Source: Candidatus Iainarchaeum sp.
GTDB lineage: Archaea; Iainarchaeota; Iainarchaeia; Iainarchaeales; UBA10219
DNA length: 64,000 nt
NCBI GenBank assembly: GCA_018304425.1
Contig: JAGVWE010000005.1
Location: forward strand, 32,001 to 96,000
Direction: 5' to 3'
Below the pieces are notes generated by a model. The model saw nothing but the letters and a program-made list of their open reading frames with translations. It ran no database searches and was not told where the DNA came from. The position numbers and the translations under genes are program-made. Of this stretch, positions 1 to 8,666 are shown piece after piece. Each line of letters opens with the position of its first letter. The stretch's first letter is position 1.

Positions 1-2
1 GC

Positions 3-320
3 CTGCAACGGCAGTTGTTCTTCTGCCTGGGCGGCAGGGACCAAGAGAACCGGATCGAGGCAGCTGCTCGGTTCCTGCAAGGCATTCCCCCCTCGGACCT
101 CGAACGCACGTATTTGGCGGACAAGCATGTGCACCCCCACGAAACCTATGTCTCAGCGCAAACCGTTTTGGGCTGGTTCAAGGCAGCCGACATTGAATTT
201 GTGGGGGCCAGCTCCTCCCTGAACCCGGCGCAGCCCCTGCTCAGCGAGTTGACCTGGCTGGGGAAACGGAAAGCCTTCTACTTGGTTTCGGGCAGAAAAC
301 GCGAGACACAGTCTTTTTAA
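3..320 (+). CDS. C-terminal part of a probable SAM-dependent methyltransferase (5' truncated by window)
   Basis: Frame open from window start; 'DKHVHPHETYVS..TVLGWF' resembles the D-x3-HPxE-x2-S...W tail of class I methyltransferases. Confidence 0.45.
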   Translation: MQRQLFFCLGGRDQENRIEAAARFLQGIPPSDLERTYLADKHVHPHETYVSAQTVLGWFKAADIEFVGASSSLNPAQPLLSELTWLGKRKAFYLVSGRKRETQSF

Positions 321-343
321 ACCTGAAGTGAATTGATTAATAC

Positions 344-1300
344 ATGTACTTCGAGTTGGTGGCCCTCCTGGTCTCCATTGCCGTGCTGGCGAAGAGCAGC
401 GAGATAGTCATTGATGCCTGCATCAAGATTTCCGAGTTCTACCAGGTTTCCCAGTTGGCAGTCGGCTTCATCCTCATCGCCTTTGCCACTTCCATCCCGG
501 ACTTCGCGGTCTCGGTGATGGCCGCCTTTTCGGGCAACACGGCCATGGCCATCGGGGATGCTTTGGGTAGCAGCATCGCCAACATCTCCCTGGTCCTGGG
601 TGCGGGGGCCCTGCTGCGCACCATCAACGTGAAGCGCGAGAAAATCATCGAAAGCGCGGAACTCCTCCTCCTCATCAGCTTGCTGCCCCTCATCATTTTG
701 CCCCGCAACCGGGTGGGCTTCTTCGAGGGCCTCATCTTCATCCTGATTTTCTTCTTGTACTGCTTTTTCGTGGTCAAGGAACGGATTACCCTCCAAGTGA
801 AGGACGGCGTGACCAAGAAAGAAGTCCATAAGTCCATGCTGTGGTTTGTCCTGGGCATGGTCGTCGTGGTGGTGGCGGCCAAGTTCACGGTCGACTACGG
901 CGTGAAAATCGCGGACCTCATCGGGGTCGCGCCCGCGCTCATCGGCATGACAGTCATCGCCTTCGGCACCACCCTGCCCGAGCTCATGATTGACCTCACC
1001 GCCCTCCGAAGGGGTTACACCTCACTGGCCATCGGCGACATCCTGGGCAGCACCGTCATCAACCTGACCCTGGTCATGGGAACCGCGCTCCTCATCAAGG
1101 AAACCGTGGTCGACTTCCAGGTGTTCCTGCTGCCACTCGTGACCCTCCTCCTCGTGAACTCGCTGTTGACCTATGCCCTGCTCAAGCACGAGGGCATCCG
1201 CAAGCAGTTCGGCCTCATCTTCATCCTGATTTACGTCGTCTTCCTCCTCATCGAGTTCATGCATTGCCTGGAATGCTTTGAGACCGGCATCCTGGGATAA
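344..1300 (+). CDS. Calcium/sodium antiporter (CaCA/YrbG family)
   Basis: About 10 TM segments; two alpha repeats 'ATSIPDF..S...GSSIAN' and 'GTTLPEL...GSTVIN'. Confidence 0.9.
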   Translation: MYFELVALLVSIAVLAKSSEIVIDACIKISEFYQVSQLAVGFILIAFATSIPDFAVSVMAAFSGNTAMAIGDALGSSIANISLVLGAGALLRTINVKREKIIESAELLLLISLLPLIILPRNRVGFFEGLIFILIFFLYCFFVVKERITLQVKDGVTKKEVHKSMLWFVLGMVVVVVAAKFTVDYGVKIADLIGVAPALIGMTVIAFGTTLPELMIDLTALRRGYTSLAIGDILGSTVINLTLVMGTALLIKETVVDFQVFLLPLVTLLLVNSLLTYALLKHEGIRKQFGLIFILIYVVFLLIEFMHCLECFETGILG

Positions 1301-1342
1301 GCCTTAATAACCGGAAAGCATTAACCTTACCAGTGAGCCCCC

Positions 1343-1951
1343 ATGGAAGGAAAGTTCCTCAAGAAGGCGCTGGAAGCCGCTTTGTTCATGTCCCCTGGAG
1401 TCATCTCCTTGCATGAGTTGGCGCGCATCGGCGAAACCAATGTCGCGGAGGCCCGGGTGGCCTTGAACGAGTTGATGCACGAATACGAGGAACGCGATTC
1501 AGCTTTAATCATCGCGGAAGAAGAAACCGGCCTGCGCATGAAGGTGAAGCCGGAACTCGAGGACAAGGTAAGCCACCTGGCCAACATCCCGAGCTTCCAC
1601 CAAGGCGTTTTGAAGACCCTGGCCTACATCGCCTACAAGCAGCCGGTGACGCAGGCGCAGGTCATCCATTTCCGCAATTCCAAGGCCTATGAGCACATCA
1701 AAATCCTCAAGGAAAAGGGCTTCATCCGCAAGGAAAAGGCCGGCATCACCTACAAATTGTTCACGACCAAGAAATTCCACGATTACTTCGGGAAGAACCT
1801 GGCCCCCAAGCAACCCGGGCAAAGCGACGAACAGGCAACCGCCCAGTTCGCGCAGGCCACGGGCGCGCCGGTAGAGCCGGCCGAACCAGTCGGAGAAGCA
1901 GTCCCTGAGCCAGTCCAGCCACAGCCGCCCTCCGAACCCGTCAATCAGTGA
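1343..1951 (+). CDS. scpB: Segregation and condensation protein B
   Basis: 'LEAALF' N-terminus, 'TLAYIAYKQPVTQ', 'TTKKFHDYFG'; Pro/Glu-rich tail. Confidence 0.9.
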   Translation: MEGKFLKKALEAALFMSPGVISLHELARIGETNVAEARVALNELMHEYEERDSALIIAEEETGLRMKVKPELEDKVSHLANIPSFHQGVLKTLAYIAYKQPVTQAQVIHFRNSKAYEHIKILKEKGFIRKEKAGITYKLFTTKKFHDYFGKNLAPKQPGQSDEQATAQFAQATGAPVEPAEPVGEAVPEPVQPQPPSEPVNQ

Positions 1952-2493
1952 ACCCTTACCGCTTTTCCGTTGCGCGTGGGGTGCTCGGTTTTCAAGCCGA
2001 TTTCGAGGATGCCGTTCTTGTACAGGGCTTTCACGGAGCCGGCAGCGATTCTTTCGCCGAACTCGATTTCCTTGTAATAGGGGGTGTCGCCTTCCACCTG
2101 CACCGTGACCGCGGACTTGGCCACCCTGACCTTCAAGTCCTCCCGTCGGATGCCCGGCAATTCCACGGAAATCGTGGCTTGCTCGCCTTGCCGGTTCACG
2201 TCCACCAGTGGCTGCCAGGCCCCGCCTTCCTGGCGTGCGCCGGACTGCCCTCCGGTGGGTATGCCGAGGGGTGCCCCGACTCGGGGCTTGACGTTGCCGA
2301 ATTCCTCTATCCTTGGCCGGCCATCCGCGTCAAACCGCATGCTGAAGCCGAACAAGACCGGGTTCCTTCCATCCAGGGCCTCAAAGCCCTCGACTTCCAT
2401 GAGTTCCTGCATCAACTCATCCATTAATTCTTCGAGGCGCTCGAAGCGCGAGAAATCCCTTTCCTTCCTGGCCTGGTTGGCGTTCGCGGGCAT
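1945..2493 (-). CDS. hsp20: Archaeal small heat shock protein Hsp20
   Basis: 'FGFSM..D..GRP.IEEFGNV', 'PLVDV', 'VELPGI', 'YKNGILEI'; start taken at ATG 2493 just after rnhB stop. Confidence 0.9.
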   Translation of the reverse strand: MPANANQARKERDFSRFERLEELMDELMQELMEVEGFEALDGRNPVLFGFSMRFDADGRPRIEEFGNVKPRVGAPLGIPTGGQSGARQEGGAWQPLVDVNRQGEQATISVELPGIRREDLKVRVAKSAVTVQVEGDTPYYKEIEFGERIAAGSVKALYKNGILEIGLKTEHPTRNGKAVRVH

Positions 2494-2498
2494 GTCCG

Positions 2499-3161
2499 TC
2501 ACCCTTTCCACGAGTGCAGCTTTTTCTGGAACCGTTCGTTGAGCAGGCGCTGGTTGGTGTCCCAGCTTTTCCGCACAAAGTCCGGCAGCTTATTGTTTTG
2601 TTGCAGCCAATTTTTTATAAAGCGGATGGTGACTTCGTCGTGCGGGTAGCCGGAGCCCATCTCGCCATAGGTTTTCGCCAGCTTCTTTATTTCCTCGTCG
2701 CGCTCGACCTTGGCGATGACCGAGGCCGCGCCACAAATGGGGTAATTCAGGTCCGCCTTGTGCTCGGAAACGATTTTGACCGAGAAATCGCAGTAGCGTT
2801 CGATGCGTTTGCCGAAGTTTTCCTGGATGACGTCCGGGGCATCCACGTAGACCACGTCCGGCTTGACGTGGAGGTTATTCAGCAGCCAGCCGATGCGCAT
2901 GGCCTCGATTTCGTTGAGGCTCTGCCGCTCGCGGAGTTCATCTATTTCCTGGGCCGCGATCTGCGTGGAAAGGGTTTCCCGGCACAGGGCCTTGATTTGG
3001 GGGTAAAACGCCTCCCTCTTGGCCGGGGAAAGCAGTTTGGAATCGGTTACCCCCATTTCCACGAGCCGTTCCTCGTCTCCCTTCTCGATGGAGGCAACCG
3101 CGAGCACCATGGGGCCAATCGCGGGCCCGCGCCCGGCCTCGTCAATGCCCGCTATCAGCAT
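2499..3161 (-). CDS. rnhB: Ribonuclease HII
   Basis: 'MLIAGIDEAGRGP', 'DSKLL', 'AASVIAKVERD', 'GSGYP.D'; true gene is the 3' part of the 563-aa track ORF. Confidence 0.95.
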   Translation of the reverse strand: MLIAGIDEAGRGPAIGPMVLAVASIEKGDEERLVEMGVTDSKLLSPAKREAFYPQIKALCRETLSTQIAAQEIDELRERQSLNEIEAMRIGWLLNNLHVKPDVVYVDAPDVIQENFGKRIERYCDFSVKIVSEHKADLNYPICGAASVIAKVERDEEIKKLAKTYGEMGSGYPHDEVTIRFIKNWLQQNNKLPDFVRKSWDTNQRLLNERFQKKLHSWKG

Positions 3162-3270
3162 AATAACCCCAGTTAAGTCAAGGGGGCTTGCTTTATTAAA
3201 GGTTTTGCACGCCAAACAATTTAGGCAAAACCAATTCGCGTTTTTGCGTTTTTTTGAGGGTGAATCAAGC

Positions 3271-3618
3271 ATGAAGGCAATCTTTCTCAGTTTCGCGCGC
3301 GGCGTCGCGACCATGAACCCCAGGAAATGGGTCATGGAGGTTCCGGGAATCACGTCGGCTGCCCAGGCCGCGCCCTTGGCCGGCCAAAAAGTCATCTGGA
3401 CCTCCAGTGGCGGCAAGAAAATCGTGGGCAAAGTGATGGGCGCCCACGGCGACACGGGCCACATCATCGCGAACTTCAAGAAAGGCCCGCCCCACACCGT
3501 GCGCGGCCACAAAGCAGAACTCCGCGACAAGCCCGGCTTCGGCAGGAAAGGCGCGGCCAAAGCCCCTTCGGCGGCCAAGCCGGCAGCCAACCCCCATGCG
3601 GGGGCCAAGAAGAAATAG
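3271..3618 (+). CDS. rpl35ae: 50S ribosomal protein L35Ae
   Basis: 'G.KVIW.S.GGK.I.GKV..AHG.TG...A.F.KG.P'; GAGGGTGA SD upstream; Ala/Lys tail. Confidence 0.85.
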   Translation: MKAIFLSFARGVATMNPRKWVMEVPGITSAAQAAPLAGQKVIWTSSGGKKIVGKVMGAHGDTGHIIANFKKGPPHTVRGHKAELRDKPGFGRKGAAKAPSAAKPAANPHAGAKKK

Positions 3619-3625
3619 CCGTTTT

Positions 3626-4420
3626 TTACGGGAGCCAGTTCCACTTCTTTTTCGCCAGCGTGTAAAGGCCTAGATACGCGAGCGTCGTCCCGATTGCAGC
3701 GCTTGTGCCGGCGTAAACACCCATGGCCTGATATGCGAAGTAAACGGTCAGGCAATACACCAGCATCCCGCCCAAGCCGATGGGCAGGTTCTTGATGATG
3801 GGATGGGTTTGCTTGCCTCCATACGCGTGGTGCACGATGAGGAGCGTGGGCCAGGTGGTGATGCCGAAGGCGGAAAACAACCCAGCCCACTCGGAGCCCA
3901 CGGTGTAAGCGGCTTCGGTGACGGCCAGGACAATGGCTCCAGCCAAGGCAGCCCGGAAGGCCAATACCTGGGGCGTGAGCCGGATGCGTTGGCTGATTTT
4001 GGTGTTGCGAATTTCCTTGAACAGGTAGGTGAAAATGAACAGGGACAAGAGGAGCGCCAGGGGCGCGGTGACAATCGTGAATTCGATTGGGCGCAGTGCG
4101 AAGGCCGCGGCCAGGTAGCCGAGTAGGGAGCCAGCCAGCGAGAGAACCAAGCCATGCTTCCGGGTTCGCTTCGATACCTGGTAGTAACAATACACCCCGG
4201 CCTGCACGGCCAGCATGCCTGCGAGCACAAAGACCGCGCTCTTCGCCGCGAATTCCGGGCCCTGCTCCAGCCCGAAGAAGAACAAGCCGATGGCGCTTCC
4301 CTGAGGCAGGCCTGCGATGATGCCGGCCAGGCGCGGGTTGATGCGCTCGGCGATGGCCGTAGTAATCAGGACAGTGGCCACCGCGACCACGAATTTGAGG
4401 ACGAAAAGCGCGTAGAGCAT
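3626..4420 (-). CDS. Multi-pass membrane protein with internal repeat (DUF3147-like)
   Basis: About 8 TM; 'P.LAGII.GLP' and 'WAGLFSAF' half-repeats; start uncertain (4420-4459). Confidence 0.6.
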   Translation of the reverse strand: MLYALFVLKFVVAVATVLITTAIAERINPRLAGIIAGLPQGSAIGLFFFGLEQGPEFAAKSAVFVLAGMLAVQAGVYCYYQVSKRTRKHGLVLSLAGSLLGYLAAAFALRPIEFTIVTAPLALLLSLFIFTYLFKEIRNTKISQRIRLTPQVLAFRAALAGAIVLAVTEAAYTVGSEWAGLFSAFGITTWPTLLIVHHAYGGKQTHPIIKNLPIGLGGMLVYCLTVYFAYQAMGVYAGTSAAIGTTLAYLGLYTLAKKKWNWLP

Positions 4421-4472
4421 GCTGATTGTGGGAGCCATAAGCATTAAATTTGCATTCATCGTTTAATGGTGC

Positions 4473-4979
4473 ATGCGTGCCTGGCTTTTGGCAATAGCCC
4501 TCGTGGTGTTGGCCTTGGTGTTTGGTATGACGAAATCAGCGGTGCAAAAAATCAGGGTGGCGGTCATCAAACCGGCGGGGGATGTCGGGATCGCGCTCGA
4601 GCAGTGCCCTGGCGTGGTCGCCTTCCATGAATCGCCTGCCGCCTTCCCTGAAGGGGATGCGCTGCGGGCCGCGCTCGCGGAATTGCTTGGCCTGTATAGG
4701 AATCCCCTGTTTCAGGGAATGAACTTTGTCCGGCCCATCGAAGACGGCGCGCTTGATTTTGAGAAGGTCCGCGTCACGGACGGCGTGGCCAACGTCTACC
4801 TAGTCGGCGACCGCTTGTGGGCCGGGAATTACTGCGAAGACCGTTACCTTGAAGCCCAGTTTTATTTTACCGTGACCCAATTTCCCGGCGTGAACGGCGT
4901 CAAGGTGTACGTAAACGGCGACCTCATGGGTGAAGGCAAGTCAGGCTGGAGATATTTTACCGACCGGTATAACGAATGA
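4473..4979 (+). CDS. Secreted/anchored GerMN-domain protein
   Basis: N-terminal hydrophobic segment; 'ALAELL.', 'V.DGVA.V.L', 'Q...TVTQFPGVNGVKVYVNG'. Confidence 0.7.
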   Translation: MRAWLLAIALVVLALVFGMTKSAVQKIRVAVIKPAGDVGIALEQCPGVVAFHESPAAFPEGDALRAALAELLGLYRNPLFQGMNFVRPIEDGALDFEKVRVTDGVANVYLVGDRLWAGNYCEDRYLEAQFYFTVTQFPGVNGVKVYVNGDLMGEGKSGWRYFTDRYNE

Positions 4980-5047
4980 CTCGGTCGCTTAGGGCAGCCT
5001 GAATGGCAGGGCCGCAAGAAAAAGAAAAAGGAGAAGGTTTACCGCGG

Positions 5048-5956
5048 TTAAGCGGTAACCTCTATGTTAAGTCTCTTTTTGAGTTCGCGGTAGCGGTTTC
5101 GGATGGTGACTTCGGTTACACCCGCCACGTTGGCGACCTCTTTCTGGGTCCGGCGCTCGCCCTTCAGCAGGCCCGCGATATAGACGGCTGCGGCCGCCAC
5201 ACCGGTCGGGCCGCGGCCTGAAATCAGGCCGTTGCCAATGGCTTCCTCGAGGATGCGCCTGCCCTCTTCCTGCACCTCTCCCGAGAGGTTCAGCTCGGAG
5301 GCGAACCTGGGGATGTAGTGGATGGGGTTGGTCAGGGGCACGTCGAGCTTGAGCTCGCGGACCAGGAACCGGTAGGTCCTGCCGATTTCCTTCTTCGTGA
5401 GACCGGATGCCTCGGCCATCTCGTTCAGGGTGCGGGGCACGTTGTAGGTCCTGCACACCGTGTAGAGCACGGCCGCAACAACCGCTTCGATGAGGCGGCC
5501 GCGGATGAGGCCCTTCTTCACCGTCTTACGGTAGAGCAGCGCAGCCGCTTCAACCAGTTGCTCGGGGATGTTCAGGTAACTGGCCACCCTCCGCAACTCG
5601 GTGAGCGCGATGCTCAGGTTCCGCTGCATGGAAGAGCTGATGCTGGCCCGCTTATGCCACTTGATGAGCCTATACATCTGGGCGCGGCTCTTGCTGGACA
5701 GCTTGTTGCCCCGCAAGTCGGTGCCGCGCCGGTCAATCATGGTGACCAGGCCCTTGTTGAGTTTCACGTACTTCATGGGGGAACCCGTGCGGGCTCTTTC
5801 CTCGAACTGGTCGGAGTCAAAGCTCCTCCATTCCTTGCCCACGTCGACAATCTCGTCCGACAACACCAAACCACAGCTGTCGCACGTGATTTCTCCGCGC
5901 TCCTCGTCGCGGTTCACCTTGAACGAGTTGCATTCAGGGCACTTCGTGCTAGTCAT
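5048..5956 (-). CDS. tfb: Transcription initiation factor IIB
   Basis: Zn ribbon CPEC..CDSCG, 'EWRSF', two cyclin repeats, 'GVTEVTIRNRYREL'. Confidence 0.98.
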   Translation of the reverse strand: MTSTKCPECNSFKVNRDEERGEITCDSCGLVLSDEIVDVGKEWRSFDSDQFEERARTGSPMKYVKLNKGLVTMIDRRGTDLRGNKLSSKSRAQMYRLIKWHKRASISSSMQRNLSIALTELRRVASYLNIPEQLVEAAALLYRKTVKKGLIRGRLIEAVVAAVLYTVCRTYNVPRTLNEMAEASGLTKKEIGRTYRFLVRELKLDVPLTNPIHYIPRFASELNLSGEVQEEGRRILEEAIGNGLISGRGPTGVAAAAVYIAGLLKGERRTQKEVANVAGVTEVTIRNRYRELKKRLNIEVTA

Positions 5957-6128
5957 TACACCACCTTTCCGGATATGCTGGTTGAAACCGATTTGACGCC
6001 GATGTCCTACACCTCTTCGATTGAAGGAAGTAGAATAAAGCGAATGGGAACTAATATAAATAGCCCACCACCATCTATTTAAAGCTTTCGGTACATCACT
6101 GCGGTGAAAAAGAGTCAAGGCCTTATTT

Positions 6129-6623
6129 TCAGGCCTTTTCGGCTTTTTTGGCCTTTTTTGCCTTGGAAGCGCTTGCTTTTGCCTGCTTTGTAGCTGCCGC
6201 GGCTTCTGCGGCCTTTTCTGCCTCGGGGGCGAGCACGGCTTGCACCACGCCGACCTGGCCAGGCCGGGAGGTTACCCGGGCTTTAACGGTTTTATCGCCT
6301 AATTTGACGCTGATGATGGCCCCCTTGGTCATGATGTTCTGCCGGGCAAAGTGTCGGTTGGCTTCGTTGCCGGAAACCGTGACAATGACGCCTTTAACGG
6401 TTTTACCGGTCTTTTGGTCGGTAACCGCGGCTTCCCGGGCTTTCCGGGCCTTGTGCTTGACTACCAGGCCCCGGGCTTGGACTACCAGGGTTTCTGGCTC
6501 CTGGGCAATGGTCGTGGCCGCAAAGTCTCCGCCCTTCCACGCCAGTTTCTTGTCGCAGCGGTTCTTCGCGTAGTTGATGCCACCGGAAGCGAGTTTATTG
6601 CTTTTCATATGCCATTGCGTCAT
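6129..6623 (-). CDS. rps8e: 30S ribosomal protein S8e
   Basis: 'NEANRHFARQNIMTKGAII', 'ARVTSRPGQVGVVQAV'; Ala/Lys tail. Confidence 0.93.
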   Translation of the reverse strand: MTQWHMKSNKLASGGINYAKNRCDKKLAWKGGDFAATTIAQEPETLVVQARGLVVKHKARKAREAAVTDQKTGKTVKGVIVTVSGNEANRHFARQNIMTKGAIISVKLGDKTVKARVTSRPGQVGVVQAVLAPEAEKAAEAAAATKQAKASASKAKKAKKAEKA

Positions 6624-6679
6624 TATAACGTTCCTCCAACCCAGTTAAAACGGCTTAAAAAGCCATTGCCCTTCTTTTA

Positions 6680-7231
6680 ATGGCCATGCGATTAAAAGAA
6701 TTTGAACACGGGGCCCTGGCCTATGCCGCAGGGCACGCATCCATCAATTGTATGGACACAACAATAAAAAACCTATCGGCTGCCGGGGAAGGCCTTGCCT
6801 CCTTTGTCCAACTTATTGCGCTTAAGCCCTTGGCCTCGGAAAGCCAGCTTTTGCAGGCAGCTGACCAAACAATTAACGCTTTCCTGGACAAAAGCAACTT
6901 TGTTAACCAGCCTGGGTTAGAATTCCTGCTCCGGGTCTCGGGCCGCAAGCAATTGGCTGCTGCCCTCGACCTCCTGCAAGTTCGGGAGGGCTTCAACGAC
7001 TGCGTGCTCATGGCCTGTGCTGCAGGAGGCCCGAACGCAGCCAAGCGCGCCTTCCAGGCAGCCTGCAAGAGCCTGTCCTTCGTCGAAGAACCCGGGCTGC
7101 TCGCCGAAAGCGCCCGGAGAAACCAGGCCTTCCTGCTCCAGGCCTATGGCCTCAACAAGGACGCGCTGAAAGTCGCCTCGCTTGAGCAGCTCGTCAATGA
7201 GAAGATTGCGTTGGTGTCGCTCGAGAGCTGA
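6680..7231 (+). CDS. cgi121: KEOPS complex subunit Cgi121
   Basis: 'LEFLLRVSGRKQL..AL..L', C-terminal 'LEQLVNEKIALV'. Confidence 0.75.
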   Translation: MAMRLKEFEHGALAYAAGHASINCMDTTIKNLSAAGEGLASFVQLIALKPLASESQLLQAADQTINAFLDKSNFVNQPGLEFLLRVSGRKQLAAALDLLQVREGFNDCVLMACAAGGPNAAKRAFQAACKSLSFVEEPGLLAESARRNQAFLLQAYGLNKDALKVASLEQLVNEKIALVSLES

Positions 7232-7300
7232 CTTAAGACCTATTCTTACTTGTAAGAAACGCTTAAATAGTTGTTTGAGCACATATGGTTAGGTGATGTG

Positions 7301-7549
7301 ATGGCAACCATCGTTGAGACCACGAAGATGTCCACCAAGGGACAGATAATCATCCCGAAGCAAACCAGGCGCTTCACGGACTCGAGCACGGAAACAGTTT
7401 TTACCGTGGTGCCGCTCGACCGGGACACGATTATCCTCCGGAAGGTCGACCCGCACAAAGTGGTCGCCGAATTTCAGAAAATCAGACGTCAAATAAAGGA
7501 CAAACTTTCCGAGGCCGAAATAAATGAAATCGTCCACCGTGCCCGGTAA
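7301..7549 (+). CDS. AbrB/MazE-type antitoxin
   Basis: 'KMSTKGQIIIPK..R'; AGGTGAT SD; overlaps downstream PIN gene. Confidence 0.85.
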   Translation: MATIVETTKMSTKGQIIIPKQTRRFTDSSTETVFTVVPLDRDTIILRKVDPHKVVAEFQKIRRQIKDKLSEAEINEIVHRAR

Positions 7550-7982
7550 GCCACACGTCGTATTTGACACCAATGTCCTGGTCTCGACCCTCCTCGGCAA
7601 ACAGGGGCACTCGGCCAAATTGTTCGAACAGTTTCTTCTGGGGAAGATCGCATGCTTCACGTCCACTGAAATGCTGGACGAACTCGAGGGTGTGCTGGGA
7701 CGCGAGGAAATAACCAGTCGAACGGACAAGGTAGCACGAACTTTTCTGTTGATGCAATACCGGCGGTTGACCGTGCTCGTCAAGCCAAAGACGGCAATAA
7801 AACGCGTAAAAGAAGACCCGACGGACGACAAGTTCCTGGAGTGCGCAGTCGAAGCCGATGCCCGTTACCTAGTGAGTGGCGACAAGCACTTGACAAGCCT
7901 GAAAAAGTACAAGCACATCCAAATCTTGACCCCGGCAGAAGCAGAAAAAAAACTCTGGCCCCTATTTTGGCCAAAGAATTAA
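7524..7982 (+). CDS. PIN-domain toxin (PIN_3 type)
   Basis: 'VVFDTNVLVS', 'DPTDDKFLECAV', 'LVSGDKHL', 'ILTPAE'. Confidence 0.9.
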   Translation: MKSSTVPGKPHVVFDTNVLVSTLLGKQGHSAKLFEQFLLGKIACFTSTEMLDELEGVLGREEITSRTDKVARTFLLMQYRRLTVLVKPKTAIKRVKEDPTDDKFLECAVEADARYLVSGDKHLTSLKKYKHIQILTPAEAEKKLWPLFWPKN

Positions 7983-8007
7983 TAAGTGGCAAAGCATTGG
8001 TTCTTGC

Positions 8008-8658
8008 ATGTCGGGCCCCGCTCAATCAAACAGGGGAAGCGAAAGACGAAGTGCTCGCCGAAGCGAGCGCCGGATTCGGCGACTCGAGGCCTTTCGTGCC
8101 TTGGCTGGGCAAGTCGATGTCCTCTGGCGGCGGCAGTTGGCTGCGATTGAACCGCTCACGAAATTCGCCGTGCGACAGGCCCTGCGGTTGCCCTTTGAAT
8201 TCGAGTACAAGGAGCGAACCAAAGCGGACCGTAACCATATCCGGGCCACGAGCGCTAACATGGCGGGTTTCATTTTGATGGAAGCCTGCACCGGAATTAG
8301 CGACCCGAGAAAGCGCCAAGCAGTCAAGTCTATAATGCGGAAGTTGCCCGCTGAAATCCGCGACCTGTCTCCGGACGCCCTGGAAGAACGGGTGCGCCAA
8401 ATGGGGGGAATGGAAACAGTCGAAGACCTGTATCAAGCCTACAGAAAACTGGCTAAAAAGTACCGCTTTATTCAACGCATGCCAGAGTGCCAGCGGGTAG
8501 TAAGTCATGTCCTGGATATCTGGGCGCAGAATGGAAAATTAACCCCTGCGGAGGCAGCCACTGCACACAGCAGGATGTCGAACATTTATCATGTGCTCTA
8601 TAACGGCTTACGGGACGCCGCCCACTGCCTTAATCGCATGCGCGACGCCCCAGGGTAG
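8008..8658 (+). CDS. Hypothetical basic protein
   Basis: 216-aa ORF filling the gap; Arg-rich N-terminus; no recognisable domain. Confidence 0.55.
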   Translation: MSGPAQSNRGSERRSARRSERRIRRLEAFRALAGQVDVLWRRQLAAIEPLTKFAVRQALRLPFEFEYKERTKADRNHIRATSANMAGFILMEACTGISDPRKRQAVKSIMRKLPAEIRDLSPDALEERVRQMGGMETVEDLYQAYRKLAKKYRFIQRMPECQRVVSHVLDIWAQNGKLTPAEAATAHSRMSNIYHVLYNGLRDAAHCLNRMRDAPG

Positions 8659-8666
8659 ACGAACGG

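Noticed and set aside
2499-4190. 563-aa ORF suggesting a long N-terminal fusion to RNase HII
   Set aside because: The extension overlaps L35Ae (antisense) and the membrane gene (other frame); RNase HII starts at 3161
5957-6118. 54-aa N-terminal extension of TFB
   Set aside because: Covers an AT-rich promoter-like region; AGGTGG SD precedes ATG 5956 and the Zn ribbon follows directly
7301-7982. AbrB-PIN pairs (also 45776-46352) as novel systems
   Set aside because: Ordinary VapBC-type toxin-antitoxin modules, common in archaea
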